A model generated the notes under the pieces. It saw nothing but the letters and a program-made list of their open reading frames with translations. It was not told the origin of the DNA and made no database searches. A DNA stretch of 64,000 nt from the human T2T-CHM13v2.0 reference genome, Homo sapiens, in assembly GCF_009914755.1 (NCBI RefSeq), contig NC_060930.1; one strand, given 5' to 3'. A program made the translations under genes and the position numbers. The number at the start of each line of letters is the position of its first letter. Position 1 is the stretch's first letter. This document shows, in pieces, positions 14,326 to 29,855 of this stretch.

Positions 14326-16494
14326 TTGTGATCAGCTGTTAATTATTAAATAATGGTTGAAAGTACAGTACAGAATTCCCAACAGTTAAATTCCCGGTCA
14401 TTTCTTCCTGATTGAGATAAGGCACGGCCCTGACTCCAGGCGGTAAGGCGGCACTGGCCTCAGAAGCAACTGTCTCTGGGTGCACTGGCGGCAGCCTGCA
14501 GACCACAGCCCTGTGGGGTGTTCTTTTGTGTAGGAAGTTGGCATTCTCAGAAGCGTCAGTGATGAGTACAGCAAAGTACTTTTAAGAAAGTAGGGAATTT
14601 GCATAGCTATGCAGTTGGAAAAATTATAAAATCGGTTAATGCCCCAGGATAGCATAAACAAAGAGGCTTTTGTTTTTTTAACTCTGAATTTGTTTCTGAT
14701 AGTTTTTTTCTGAAGAAAAAGCAGTAGGAAAATGTCCAGCCAGCCTCTCCACTATACTTTTCATTTGCTGAAAGCCGCAGAGAAGTCATGAATGAAGGTT
14801 AGAAACCGTGTAGAAGCTGCAGAAAAGTCCCGAATGAAGTTTAGAACTTGTGTGGCCCTGAAGAGGCAGCGAGAAGCCCTGAATTTTTCTCCAGGAAGTA
14901 GAGAAAATTATTTCACTTACTAAGGACACACCTCGGAGGAAGACAGGACAGTGAGAAGAGTTTATAATTAGGATGACATTTGGGTAGTTGCCTCTAAAGT
15001 AAAAAAAAGAAAATACATGTAGATCATAATGTGGATCATTCTAGAGTAGGCCAAACATTTTTCTCTTCTATAGAATCTTAGAAAATGTACCCTAGAAAAC
15101 TCTTTAAATAGAAAAAGAGCATATCAGGACACGTGTGTATGCCAGCTATTTGTATAACCTAACATTGCCTCCTTCAGCCTGTTGGGGTTCTGGAGCCAGC
15201 CTGAGCCTTCCCCATTGTAGAAGCCGAAGAGGAGATGCTTAGAGGAAAGATGATTGTTAAGACACATATGGGCTCAGTGAACATATGTTATCATGTTTTC
15301 TTTATTGTGTAGGCAATAAAGACTATCTGACTTTCTAGGCTAAACTTTTCCAATAGGAACTTAGTTTAGTGAAAAATTTTTGTGAAAATTATAGTAGGGA
15401 CGATTCAATCGGTCAGCAGTAGTAGTGGCTGACATTACATATAATGCTCCTATAGGAGATATGAACAAATGTAAAATGTGGGGGTTTTGCCCTTGGAGAA
15501 ATTTACAGTTACAGTGAGGCTCTCCATGCAAATTCCCACCTTTCTTGGTCCTATAGTAACAGCCAGTGTAACGTAGCTGAATGTTGGAAAACTGAAGTTG
15601 AGTTATGTCATGAGGTCAAAAAATCTTGTGTCTTGTCACCAACCACCCAAAGGCTCTGCTTTGTGCCCCTGTGTTACCCAGAAGGATGGAAAGCAACACT
15701 CCTACTGTCATCAATTTTTTTGTTACACAGTTGTCTCCCAAATTGTATGCAAATTTCATACTATTAATATACAGTCACCGGTTATATTTCTTCAGCAACC
15801 AAATATGGAAAATGTGTGTCAACTGGTTCTACAGCTGCAATTGAGCTACATCCTTTAGAATAATGTCACAATAGAGAAATGACTTCTGAATGGTGTTTAG
15901 CCTGCATATCACTCTGATTGCCTTTAATTAGGAGGAAAATCACAAGCTAAAAAGAGTAACAGACTTGAAGTCAGTTAAAAATCAGAGTAATCAACTGAGA
16001 AAAAAATGCAATCTCATAAATCTTAATTTTTAACCATAGGATAATAGTTTCTTTATTCATTGAATAACTTTTACTGCCTCTCCCTGCTTCTCAGATTAGA
16101 ATTCTAACACTGATAGGAGATTTGGCATAGGAGAACTGCCTAGCCTCTGAAATGAAAGGCCCCTCAAACCCCATAAAAGCCTAGAACAAATGAAACTGAG
16201 AAAGTCACAACCCAAGAATTAGGTTTGGGTGGCTTGAATGTAAGAACTTCCTGATTGAGAGTGGTCTCAAAGTCAAAGGGGGAGAATAGACTAACTGTGA
16301 TGTAAACCTTTTAGCAATGTTTTCCTAGAAATAGGGAGATAATAATTTGGCACACTACAAAGAAACTTCTGGCAATCACTTTAAAAAACAACAATAACAA
16401 AACCTTGTCTTTAAAAATGCAAAATGTTAGGGGTGTTAAGACACCAAAATATAACTTGGTATTTATTCCTGCAGAGGTTGGCTTTTATGAATTT

Positions 16495-16792
16495 ATTTAT
16501 TTATTTATTTATTTTGAGACGGAGTCTCTGTCACCAGGCTGGAGTGCAGTGCCTGATCTCGGCTCACTGCAACCTCCAGCTCCCGGATTCAAGCCATTCT
16601 CCTGCCTCAGCCTCCTGAGTAGCTGGGACTACAGGCACGTGCCACCACGCCCAGCTAATTTTTGTATTTTTAGTAGAGACAGGGTTTCACCATTTTGGCC
16701 AGGATGGTCTCGATCTCCTAACCTACCTTGTGATCTGCCTGCCTCGGACTCCCAAAGTGCTGGGATTACAGGCGTGAGCCACTGTGCCTGGC
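16495..16792 (-). mobile_element. AluSc-like SINE
   Basis: ctgtcaccaggctgg and ggccaggatggtctcgatctc; (ATTT)n tail; TSD tggcttt(t/c)atgaatt. Confidence 0.93.
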
Positions 16793-17844
16793 TGGCTTTC
16801 ATGAATTTTAAGAAGGGATCAATGCCTTTCATGATTTTTAAGTCAACCTAGTATGATAACCGAGAAAGAAGACTGTGAACACATGTGAATAGATTATTTT
16901 TCTTGGTGGAGTGAAGAAAGAGCTTTTATTTTCTTCATAGGGGTGTGCCTAATAATTAAGGGGGAAAATGAAATATGAGAAATGTGTGATACGTATGGGG
17001 ACAGCTCTGTAAGAGTTGTCTTCAGCAGTTACCTCCTTCAAGCTTGTCAGAATTTTAAAACCGTTCATTTCTGTTCCACTTGAAGAGTGAGATCTATCAA
17101 GACCAGCCTCTGGAGTGCCACAATGTGATCAGCCAGAAAAGAATGACGGCGCATTCGGCACAGGGAAATCACTGACGTTTCCTATGGTCATGAAGCAACA
17201 TATGCTCCACTAATTACTGTTTTCTGTGACTGCTCTCACATCTTGAAACTCTCCATGACCCATTGCGGAAATCCTGTTCATCTGCCCCCCACCTACTCCC
17301 TCAGTGAATGAAAAATAGCAGATTGCAAGGCTGGACTTGTTTAATGAATGTGATTTGTTTTTGTGGAATCAGAGGCATGAGAGGTTTTGGAGGCTGTTAG
17401 TTTGACACTAGATTTGTGAAATGACTTCATAGTCCACACCGTTAGATGGGTTTATAGGCAGGGTGTCTTTACTTGCTAAATGATAATCTGTCCAAAGGCA
17501 TTTTCTTTATTTTTCTATGTTTCTAGAGCAAAGTGACCTTTGAAGGAAGGCAGCATCATGTCTCTGACTTCAGGCAGAAGTCTGTTGAACATGGGGCAGA
17601 CATGGAATCTTGCATTATAATGAGAATGTCTTCAAGAAAAGCGGACTCCCTCTGTGGCCTTTTCTTCTCTTGGAAGTAGTCTTGTTGCCATCTGAGTGAC
17701 CCCTAACACTATAACCTAAGGATTTTCCTGGATTTTTTTTCTGACACAAATAGCTTGTTTTCTTGTACTGTATAGTAAATGCAATTTTTGGTGTTAACAC
17801 CTTTTTATGTATTCATTTATTAGAGCATTAAAAACCAAAGTGTT

Positions 17845-18302
<458 letters not shown>

Positions 18303-18523
18303 TTAATAGAGGTATTGGGTTGCATATGGCTTTATTTTGGCGACTATTTGAATATATTAAATAGTAGTAGGATATCGTTACTTAGTATTACAGCAAAATA
18401 GGTTGATTCTCTGGAGAAAGAAACTTCGTAAGCCTGGATAGTAATACTTACCATCTATTTAGATGTGATTGCCTGATGGTGTCACCCAAACTAATTAATA
18501 ATGACATATTAGCTAACATATTG

Positions 18524-18542
18524 CCGTCAGCAGGTGGCTGTT
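18524..18542 (+). promoter_or_regulatory. Candidate CTCF-like site / E-box
   Basis: gtCAGCAGGTGGCtg is close to the CTCF core CCASYAGRKGGC; motif match only. Confidence 0.35.
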
Positions 18543-19587
18543 TGAGCAGGGGTGAAAATGGCAGGTGCTAAAACAAATTGCTGTACCTTAGAGAAATGTA
18601 CAGAATTCTTCTTTTAAAGAGTCTTGATGATGTCTGCAGTATGATTTTTATTTTTTGGGAGCTTACAAGGCTTGGAGAGGTTGCAGAGATAGAGACTAGG
18701 AAAACAAAACAAAACAAAGGAGAACAAAATTGATTTAACCTTTTCCAAAAGTTTTCCAATTCAATAAGCAAGCGGTTGAATCTAAGCAGCACAAAATTTC
18801 CAGGAAAGACTCAGGCATCCTTCTTCCTTCCAACTTTCCTTTTCTTCCTCTTCTTTGTCCATCTAGATCTGTCAAGGGATTGTGGGCACACAGCAGAGCC
18901 ATGACAGATGGGCAGTGCACTGTAATCTACTGCTGCCTTTCAATTTCAGAGGGATCATTGTGACAATGAAGGGGTTAAAACTGTCAACACCTATCAGAGC
19001 TTGGAGATAATTAGTGTAATATAAACCCAAGAACTTTGATGGCAAAGACCACACAGCAAATGAATTCGACTAGGTTGCTGCTTTGTAAGAAATACTTAAT
19101 TAACCTCTTTCCAGCTCACGTGCAACTATGGTTTTTACATGCCTATGTGAAAAAGTTACTGTTTATACATACAGATGATAATGATTAAATATGACTGTGA
19201 ATCATTTTTACTTTGGAAGATGCATTTCAAACTAGCACTTGCAGCTACAAGTTGAAAAGATAAGTGCTCTTCCAGCATGAGATAGGTCGCCTTTGGAATG
19301 TCTCACAATGTATTGACTATTGCTCTAGTACTAACGTTGCTAACGTGTAGTACTGAGTAATGTGACTTAGGAATGCAAACTATTACAAGGTATATTTTTA
19401 TCTAACCATTTTTTTTAAGTTTCCACCTCTTAGAAGGAACATAAAAGGAAAATAAAGTAGGCCTTTTTAAACAAAATATAGGCTTGACAAGGATAAAATG
19501 CATTCTTTTTTAATTAGCTTGAAAGAGAAAATTGATAGATAACAAGCAAAAACTCTTAGGGCTGTTCTTCAAAAGTCCATGTGGTAA

Positions 19588-19915
<328 letters not shown>

Positions 19916-20591
19916 TAGTAAACTGGGTAACTGGCTTATAACAGCTAGAAATAAGGCAGTGAACTATCACGCATAAAGAAGTATTGAGTTCATTTTTTTA
20001 AGAAGATATCATGATGAGATACAGTCTTATGCATTTCTTGGCATTCTCCCTTCCATTCTTAATGAAAACAGATGAGGTTGGCTAAGGCATTTGAGTCATA
20101 ACTTAGTTTAAGTACAATATAACAAAAAGGTAGATTTCTGACAGTAAGTAGTAATTATATTATTTCCAAATTTGCTTTTAACTTGAGAACAGTAGCTTTA
20201 ATTTTTATATTCAAGCATACATTCTACTTCATTTCATATAGGACCATGTTTTTATAAGATAAGATACATAATTCTATGTAGAATAGTTTGGTGAAGGAAT
20301 TCTTATTTTAAGGTGCTTTTATATAGTTATTTTGTATATTGGTACAATGTTAAAGGTGATGAATTAAGGAACATCACCAAGAGAGGACAATTTCTTCTAA
20401 CTTCTCTTTTTAAATTTAATCTGGCTGAGGTTTAGTATTAGGACTAATACAAGTGTCTTGCTCTGACATGCATCAAGCAAGAGCTAGCTATTTTACTTCA
20501 TAGCTAGTTTCTTGCACTCTGTGGAGACTGCCAGGGCCGCAGCTCACAGCCTGTTCTGAGCTGCAGTGCTTTATCCCACCTTGCTCTCCAG

Positions 20592-20687
20592 GCTTCTGAC
20601 TTCAGGCCTGTGGGGGCCGGGAGGTGGGCAGCGGCAGTGGCCTGAGGAGCCCTGTAGAACTACGGCTGAAAAAGAAAGTAGATTGAG
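20592..20687 (+). ncRNA. Candidate internal exon A (96 nt) of a spliced + strand transcript
   Basis: Acceptor ctttatcccaccttgctctccag|G, donor GAG|gtgggg; GC-rich body in AT-rich surroundings. Predicted from splice signals only. Confidence 0.5.
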
Positions 20688-20771
20688 GTGGGGGGAGGAA
20701 ATTAACAGGAATCTAGAGTTTTTCTAATTCTTATCGTCTTATCGTTCTTGTGTTTGGATGCTGGTAGTTTT

Positions 20772-21063
20772 TTTTTTTTTTAGACAGAGTCTCGCTCTGT
20801 CACCCAGGCTGGAGTGTAGTGGCACAATCTTGGCTCACAGTGACTTTCGCCTCCCAGGTTCAAGGAATTCTCCTGCCTCGGCCTCTTGGTAGCTGGGATT
20901 ACAGGCACGCATCACCACACCCAGCTAATTTTTTTGTATTTTTAGTAGAGATGGGGTTTTACCATGTTGGCCAGGCTGTTCTTGAACTCCTGGCCTCAAA
21001 TGATCCACTCGCCGTGGCCTCCAGTAGCGCTGGGATTACAGGCGTGAGCCATCACACCCGGCC
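20772..21063 (-). mobile_element. AluS-type SINE in the intron between candidate exons A and B
   Basis: Full antisense dimer; 17-bp TSD tggatgctggtagtttt at 20755-20771 and 21064-21080. Confidence 0.95.
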
Positions 21064-21093
21064 TGGATGCTGGTAGTTTTATTTTCTGCTTAG

Positions 21094-21272
21094 AAAACGC
21101 AACCATGTTGATGGGACCAAAAACTTAGTTGAAAGAAGCCATGGCAAAAGATGTTGACGTACAACTGGCTCCTGAGGCTGTCAATTGTTTAGAGCTCCCA
21201 AGTAGTACTGCATTACGGAATCTACTACTTAGAAGAATGTACAAGATGTAAGTTCCCATCGGCACCGTCATG
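21094..21272 (+). ncRNA. Candidate internal exon B with two alternative 5' donors (21247 and 21272)
   Basis: Acceptor ttttattttctgcttag|A; donors GAT|gtaagt (after 21247) and ATG|gtaaga (after 21272); several CpGs retained. Confidence 0.55.
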
Positions 21273-22679
21273 GTAAGAAGAATAAGAAACTCTCAAAGGA
21301 AAAGAAACTTACATTCACTTTTTCCTGGTCCATTTTGGTTCCTAAGAATAGATAGGCCATTAAGAAGGATATTAGGTTTCTAAGGGCAATTTTAACACAA
21401 TACTGCTTTAAAAATCTGAAGTTTAAATAGTTTAGCTATTTCTGTAGGTTAATTCAGGCACTGACTAAAATCAGTCTCATTATCATATACAAATGTAAGG
21501 AAGTTAAATTTTAAAAGCATGTATAGGTTGTCCTTAAATTATACAAAAGCTTTTAGTTTCATCAGGATTATATTCCAGTTAACCTTTCATCTTTTTTTTT
21601 TTTCCAAATGAACTAGGGTCTTTAAAATTCCTAAGTAGATTCTTTTGAGTGGTAGGGGAGTCTGTATAGATTACAGATATAATTTATTGTGATAACAAAT
21701 GGCTTCCTGTTTGACCTCATTTCCAGGTGTCGCATCCGTGGCTGATTTATTTCACAGATGTACATTTGCATGTACTTGTTGAACTTTGCTAGGAAGGACT
21801 CAATTTTTGAAAAATCTGTTATTTTCACTGTGGGCCTTATGAGGCAATCTACTGCAATGGAAAAAGGGTTCCTTGGTCATTTCAAGTTTTATTTTCTATT
21901 AGAGTAATATCTAACTTCAATTATTTTGCCAAGTTTAAACCTTCTCTCTGTGTCTGTGGTTAGAATTTGAAAATAACAATGCTCTGCTTAAAGTAAGAGT
22001 CACAGTCAGCAAAAAAAGCCAATGGATTTTAAAAAGACATCTTAGTTAAAGCTAGAGGAAGAAAACTTCAAATAAGCAAAGAAGTATTGAAGGATGCCCA
22101 CGAATTCCTTTGCATTAAAATCAAGATGAGGTAAGAGGTAGAATATAAGAGAAAGGGATTATTTTTACCATGAATTGTATCTGGGGACAATTAGTCTTAG
22201 AAGGAGTAATTTTTTCAGCGTTTTTCCTCTGTATCTAAACACCAATAATATACTTAATTTTTGAATATAAAAGAAGTAGCAATTGACTAAGAATAAATAT
22301 GTTATAAAAACTAGGGGATTATCTTGATTTACATTTCCTAGAGTATTAAAAGAGATTAATTACAGACTTTCACTTGATAATATTGAGGAGTCTGGAGGGT
22401 CATAGCAAAATTTTCTTTAGTTCATCTTAAAATTTAGGGAGGTAAAAAAAGATTTTATTCACATAAAAGATTTCTTGGCATAGGGAAGGCGTAATGTTAA
22501 GGGCTTCTTCCTTACCCAAGTGGGAGCTGAACCAGTAATTGTGGGGAAAACTGAATTTATAGCAACAAAGGATAGTAGTTTCTCAACTGGGAGCATACGA
22601 GCAATTTCTCAGTTCAGAGATATTTATAGCATCTTGGTGTTATGCAATAAACAATGACAACAACAAGCATTGAGCTTTC

Positions 22680-22945
22680 ACTTTGGAGTTACTCAGATCT
22701 GAGTTTAAATTCTAAAATTATTCTAGTAGTATTTTCCTGCGGTGAATCTGTTAAGGATGTAAGCTATAGTGTAGCTTGGGGAATCATCTTGAACAGTTAT
22801 GAAACTCATTAAAGCTTCTTTTCCCTTGTCTGTAAAATGGGAAAAATAAATACCTCTATAGCTCTTAAGAGGCTTAAGAGTTCTATGGCTTACACCCACA
22901 TACAGTCCTTGGCTCAGTGCTAGGCATGTAGCAGGTGCTGACTGC
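22680..22945 (+). mobile_element. MIR SINE remnant(s)
   Basis: cagatctgagtttaaattc, tgtctgtaaaatgggaaaaataaatacct, cagtgctaggcatgtagcaggtgct. Confidence 0.6.
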
Positions 22946-23188
22946 CTCTCTCCCTTCCCTTCTTTACTCTCAGTTGTCTTATTTCTTCTTATGCAGAAGA
23001 GATTACCTTAAAGCTGACTAGAAAACTCAGACATAAATTGACATTTCCTTATCATTGCCTGAAACCCACTGAATAAGTCCCCTTTGATTTCTCTCAGGAA
23101 GGATAAAAAAGGCTACAGTACCTGCTCATAGGAGTTCAGTAAATGTTTATTGATTGAATGAAAAGAATTTGATTTAAGGAAACAATAA

Positions 23189-23250
23189 CACTCCATCCTG
23201 GGCAACAGAGCAAGATCCCGTCTCAAAACAAAACAAAACAAAACAAAACA
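23189..23250 (+). mobile_element. Severely 5'-truncated Alu tail with (AAAAC)n
   Basis: cactccatcctgggcaacagagcaagatcccgtctc followed by aaaac repeats. Confidence 0.8.
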
Positions 23251-23432
23251 GCAAATTCATAAAGGCCAGCAGTTTTCAAGTCTGGGGAAATAGGCACATG
23301 GACAGATTATATGAAGGTATTTCATTAGCTTTCTTCTCTTTATGGCAGCTTCAGATTGATGAATTTGAGGTACAAATGAGTGAGTGACATATGTATATTT
23401 TCCTCTGATTTTATGACTGATTTACAAATTAG

Positions 23433-25300
<1,868 letters not shown>

Positions 25301-25322
<22 letters not shown>

Positions 25323-25350
25323 GCGGTTCCGCCTTGGCCTCTTTTGTAAT
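25301..25350 (+). terminator. Candidate cleavage/polyadenylation site
   Basis: AATAAA at 25301-25306, CA dinucleotides at 25319-25322 and a downstream U/GU-rich tract (ggcctcttttgtaatctt). Confidence 0.55.
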
Positions 25351-26074
25351 CTTCCACATCTTGATGAATGTGATGGAGTTTGTGCATTGTTTAAATTGAC
25401 AATATGTAAATATTTATGGTATGCATTATGGTCAGCATGGGAAATCAGAGTTCTAACGGGAAAGAAAGGAAAAAGTGGGTCTTGCCACACTGTACATCAA
25501 AGTGAAATAAATCCATCTTACGAGCTGGGATCCTTTGGTATGGTTGTTATATGTGAGTATGTTGTCGCCTTCTCTTGTGTGATTCTGTGCCAGTCATGGT
25601 GGCTCACCACGGTGGGAGATGGGATGGTGGGGGCTGTCGGGTGGTAAGAGGGGCTGTGTGTGGAGTTTCTGTACATGTGTTTCTGCTATGGTTCCTACAG
25701 CCCTGAATCTCTATCACCTGAAATGTGTTGTGATTCAACTACAGATAAGCAATATTTCCGTGTTCATTAGACGCAGAGTGCTGGATTTGAATCCCAGCCT
25801 TACTACTTTCTGGCCTCAGGACCTTTGGCAAATGGACTAACTACTGTGCATGCTTAACACAGTCACCAGTCCCCAGACATTAATTTGAAGAAGTTTTATC
25901 ACAGTGTTTTGGGTTTTATATAAATGTCATCATGTGTAATGATTTGATTTTTAATCAAATCATTTAAATCAAATCATGTGCATGTTTTTATTCCCACTGG
26001 ATGCAAAATGAGAAGAAAGTAAATTTAAAGCAAAAAAAATATATGGTAAATATTAGGAGAAATATGTACAAATT

Positions 26075-26240
26075 TGAATTTTAGAAATGAAAAGGACCTT
26101 AAGGATAACCTAGTCTGATTCATAAATTGTGTAGTTAAGAGACTAAGGTGCCAGGAGTGAGTTTGTGGCATGCCCATGATAACACCCCAGGTTGGTGGCA
26201 GACGATTGGCGTTCTTCCACATCCTCTAATCCTGGCTTTT
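26075..26240 (-). mobile_element. MIR3/MIRc-like remnant
   Basis: ttagaaatgaaaaggaccttaaggataacctagtc ... gagactaaggtgccag. Confidence 0.5.
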
Positions 26241-27791
26241 GTCTGATGTCAAATCCTGGGAAGTATACCTAAAGGGTTCTGTGGCTCCTTCAAAAAAGAC
26301 TCATTTTTCTAGAATGGACTTAGTTTGAACTTAGATCCCTGGTTTTTAAGACATAGTCATAGCCCTTTTGTTCATAAACTAAAGCTCCAAGCTGCCCCAG
26401 GGCTCTGCAGGGGCCAGCATTGTGGCTTGAAAACCTGATCTTTCAGCCTTAAAACCTTATGCTTCAGGTCCTCCTTGATCTGATAAGCATATTTAGAAAA
26501 GTTCACGATACTGGTGGACAGCCCTAAAATGTACTTTTTAAAAATGGGGAAATGTATGCCTGCAGTAAAGTTCACAAATAAGTGTTTGTTAAAGAATAGG
26601 ATGGTTTATATCGTTAATGAAATCACATCACGTAAGTCAGCTTTGAAAACATCTTTCATCTGAATCTAGATAATGAATATCTTCTAGTTTCATTCCAGGC
26701 CATTCGCTGTCCCACTGAGGATTTTTTTTTAATTTAAAAGAGGAATCTTGAATAATTTTAAATGAAAAACTTACTCTACCCGCACCCCGCCCCCCTGCCC
26801 ACCTCCTAGAGTTACCCTGAGGACAGAGTACATTCGTGTAATTATGGACACTTTTTTGACTAACTCGTCTATTTTAAAGTACATTCATGTACCAATGACA
26901 GGATGTCTGTGGAATCTCGTTTGTTTCTTGGCTGAATGATGAGCACCAATTGTGAACACTGTATATTCAGTGTACATTGTTTTAGATCCCTTTAGCTCAA
27001 TCAATTTAACTTCAACTTCATTTTGGAAGTTAATTAATCTACATAATAGCATTTACAAAAATAGCCATTTTGAGTGAAGAATATACATTTAATTTAAAAA
27101 AATCCTTGCCTATAAATCAGAAGTCCTTAAATCCAGTCTCTTGGTTTTCCTGGTGAGCAGAGCTGTCTAAGTCACTTCCTTTTACACCTTCAGTCTCCCA
27201 TCTGCAAAAGTGCTCAGTGGACAGCATTGCTAAACACACCCTGTGAAAGGTTTGAGACACAGATGGGATCTGTGAGTAATTTCAACTTTTTTTTTTTTTT
27301 TGATGACCTCCACCAGGCCATCAGTACATCTGGTTTGTCCCACTGGGTTTGTTCCCCACTTGGTGCTTCCCTCGTTCCTAGTGTATTATCTGGCATGGTG
27401 CAGGTGCTCAGTAGTATTGTAGAATGAATGAAGGACTAAGTGAACTTTCTCATAAGCCTGAAGAAACTGAATGTTGAGGTTATGTGAGATGGTTAGACAG
27501 GGCATTTCCTATTTTCGGGGAACCTGAAGGAACCACTGTGGCTTTGTGTTGGAAGGATAGTGGCTTTCTCCCCTATACATGGGAAACCAAGTTTCTCCTT
27601 TTTGGAAGTTCACTTTATGGTGTGATTTTGTTATTATTCAGATTTTCTGACTTTCCTGTTTACTTTTGTATAAAACCATAAATGCAAATAAAATTCAAAA
27701 AATAAAATTTTATAAACTCAATTAGGTTTTCTGTTGCAGAAATGTAGTAAACATTGTAATTTGTGAAAGCACACGAAAAATACTGAAATGA

Positions 27792-27923
<132 letters not shown>

Positions 27924-28434
27924 TAAGATTTTCTTTAGATCATATATTCCTACTGTGAATTATGAGAGGGATATATGCAATTAAAACTAATAATCAATTG
28001 ATTTCTGCAATTATAGCTAATCAAACTATAGTTAATGTACTTAATCACATACATGTTAGTATATGGTATACTGCCAGACAAAATACCAAGACATTTTGAT
28101 GTGTCTTGCACAAACCCTAATTTCCCTCTTAGATTACATTTTGGACACATCCCCTTTTGGATATATTTGATATAAATTTGTGACCCATAATTTTGTCCCT
28201 GGAAATAATTATTTCTTCCCCAAAGGGTACATCTACCCTGTACCAAAGTAAAGGCAAAAAAGAGTGAAGTAGTTAAGAACAGTCCAGGGTCATTCAGATC
28301 TGACTTTGAATCCCACAAAGCTGCTGAGAATTACAATTGCTTGCCTTAAGAATGAGCTTGCAACTCTGCAGTCATTATGTGTCTTGTTTTCCTTTTCTTC
28401 CTCTGATATATACGGATTACATGGGAGCCAGAAA

Positions 28435-29000
28435 TGGACATGAGAGCTTTGAAGTCACACAAACCTGGATACAAAGCCCCGTTCTTCACACCTGGCTGTG
28501 TATATTAGTCCATTCTCACACTGCTATAAAGCTACTACCTGAGACTGGGTGATTTATAAAGGAAAGTGGTTTAATTGACTCACAGTTCCACATGGCTGGG
28601 AGGCCTCAGGAAAATTACAATCATGGTGGAAAGTGAAGGGGAAAGCAAGGACTCACAGGGTGGCAGGAGAGAGAAGTGCAAGCAGAGGAAATGCCAGATG
28701 CTTATAAAACCATCAGATCTCGTGAGAACTAACTCACTATAATGAGAACAGCATCAGGGAAACCGCCTCCATGATCCAGCCACCTCCCATGAGGTCCCTC
28801 CCTTGACACATGGGAATTATAGGGATTACAATTTGAGAAGAGATTTGGGTGGGGACACACAGCCAAACTATGTCACCATGTGACCTTACATAAGTTACTA
28901 AATCCTTTCCAGTCTGTTCTGTTATCTGAAAAGTGAGGTTACTAATAGCCCCATCAGAGGGTTTCTGGGAAAACTTAGCAAAATGAAATGTAAGATAATG
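28435..29000 (+). mobile_element. MIR SINE split by a THE1 insertion
   Basis: 5' part ctttgaagtcacacaaacctgg ... ggctgtg resumes after the LTR as tgtgaccttacataagttact ... atctgaaaagtgagg. Confidence 0.7.
28501..28875 (-). mobile_element. THE1D-like MaLR solo LTR
   Basis: tatattagtccattctcacactgctataaag ... gatttgggtggggacacacagccaaactatgtca; flanks ctgtg and ccatg. Confidence 0.92.
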
Positions 29001-29147
29001 ATAGAGGATTTTGTATTGGAGGAACACAAGTCCTTACTACATATCAGCTGGGCAGTAGAATGTGGAGGGTGGGAACAGAAAAGAAGTTTGTGACTCATTA
29101 ATGAAAATTGTTTTCAAGATATGCTAGAATAAAAGCGTACATTCATT

Positions 29148-29464
<317 letters not shown>

Positions 29465-29519
29465 TCAATTACAAAACACAAACATCAAAAAATATGGTTG
29501 CCAACACTAAAAAAAAAAT

Positions 29520-29715
29520 TAATATGTGCCCAGGTTAATTCAAAGCACTTTCCATGTATTATCCCATTTAATCTTAAGATTATTCTCATTCTACAGATGA
29601 GGAATCTGAGGAAAAGATGGGTTTTTCATAATTTACCCAATGTAACACAGCCAGTAACCAAGAAAGTTAGAATTGGAATCTCAGCAGTGTGACTTTAGGC
29701 CTGTCCTCTTAACCT
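29520..29715 (-). mobile_element. MIR SINE
   Basis: ccatttaatctt, cattctacagatgaggaatctgagg, tttacccaatgtaacacagccagtaa. Confidence 0.75.
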
Positions 29716-29855
29716 TTATTTATCTTCTGTAGGGACTAAACTTAATGCAGAATCAAATGTAAGGACCACATATCAAGAAGCAGGACAGTAGAAGATTGAC
29801 AAAGTTCTCAAAAAAGAGGGAGTGCTTGAGGGTTGAGGAGACCAGATGAAAATGG

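Noticed and set aside
16405-16851. Longest track ORF (148 aa) and similar ORFs at 17961, 24209, 34741, 43610, 49029, 50771, 53349 and 57844
   Set aside because: They translate Alu sequence ([23 protein letters not shown]), a well-known artefact.
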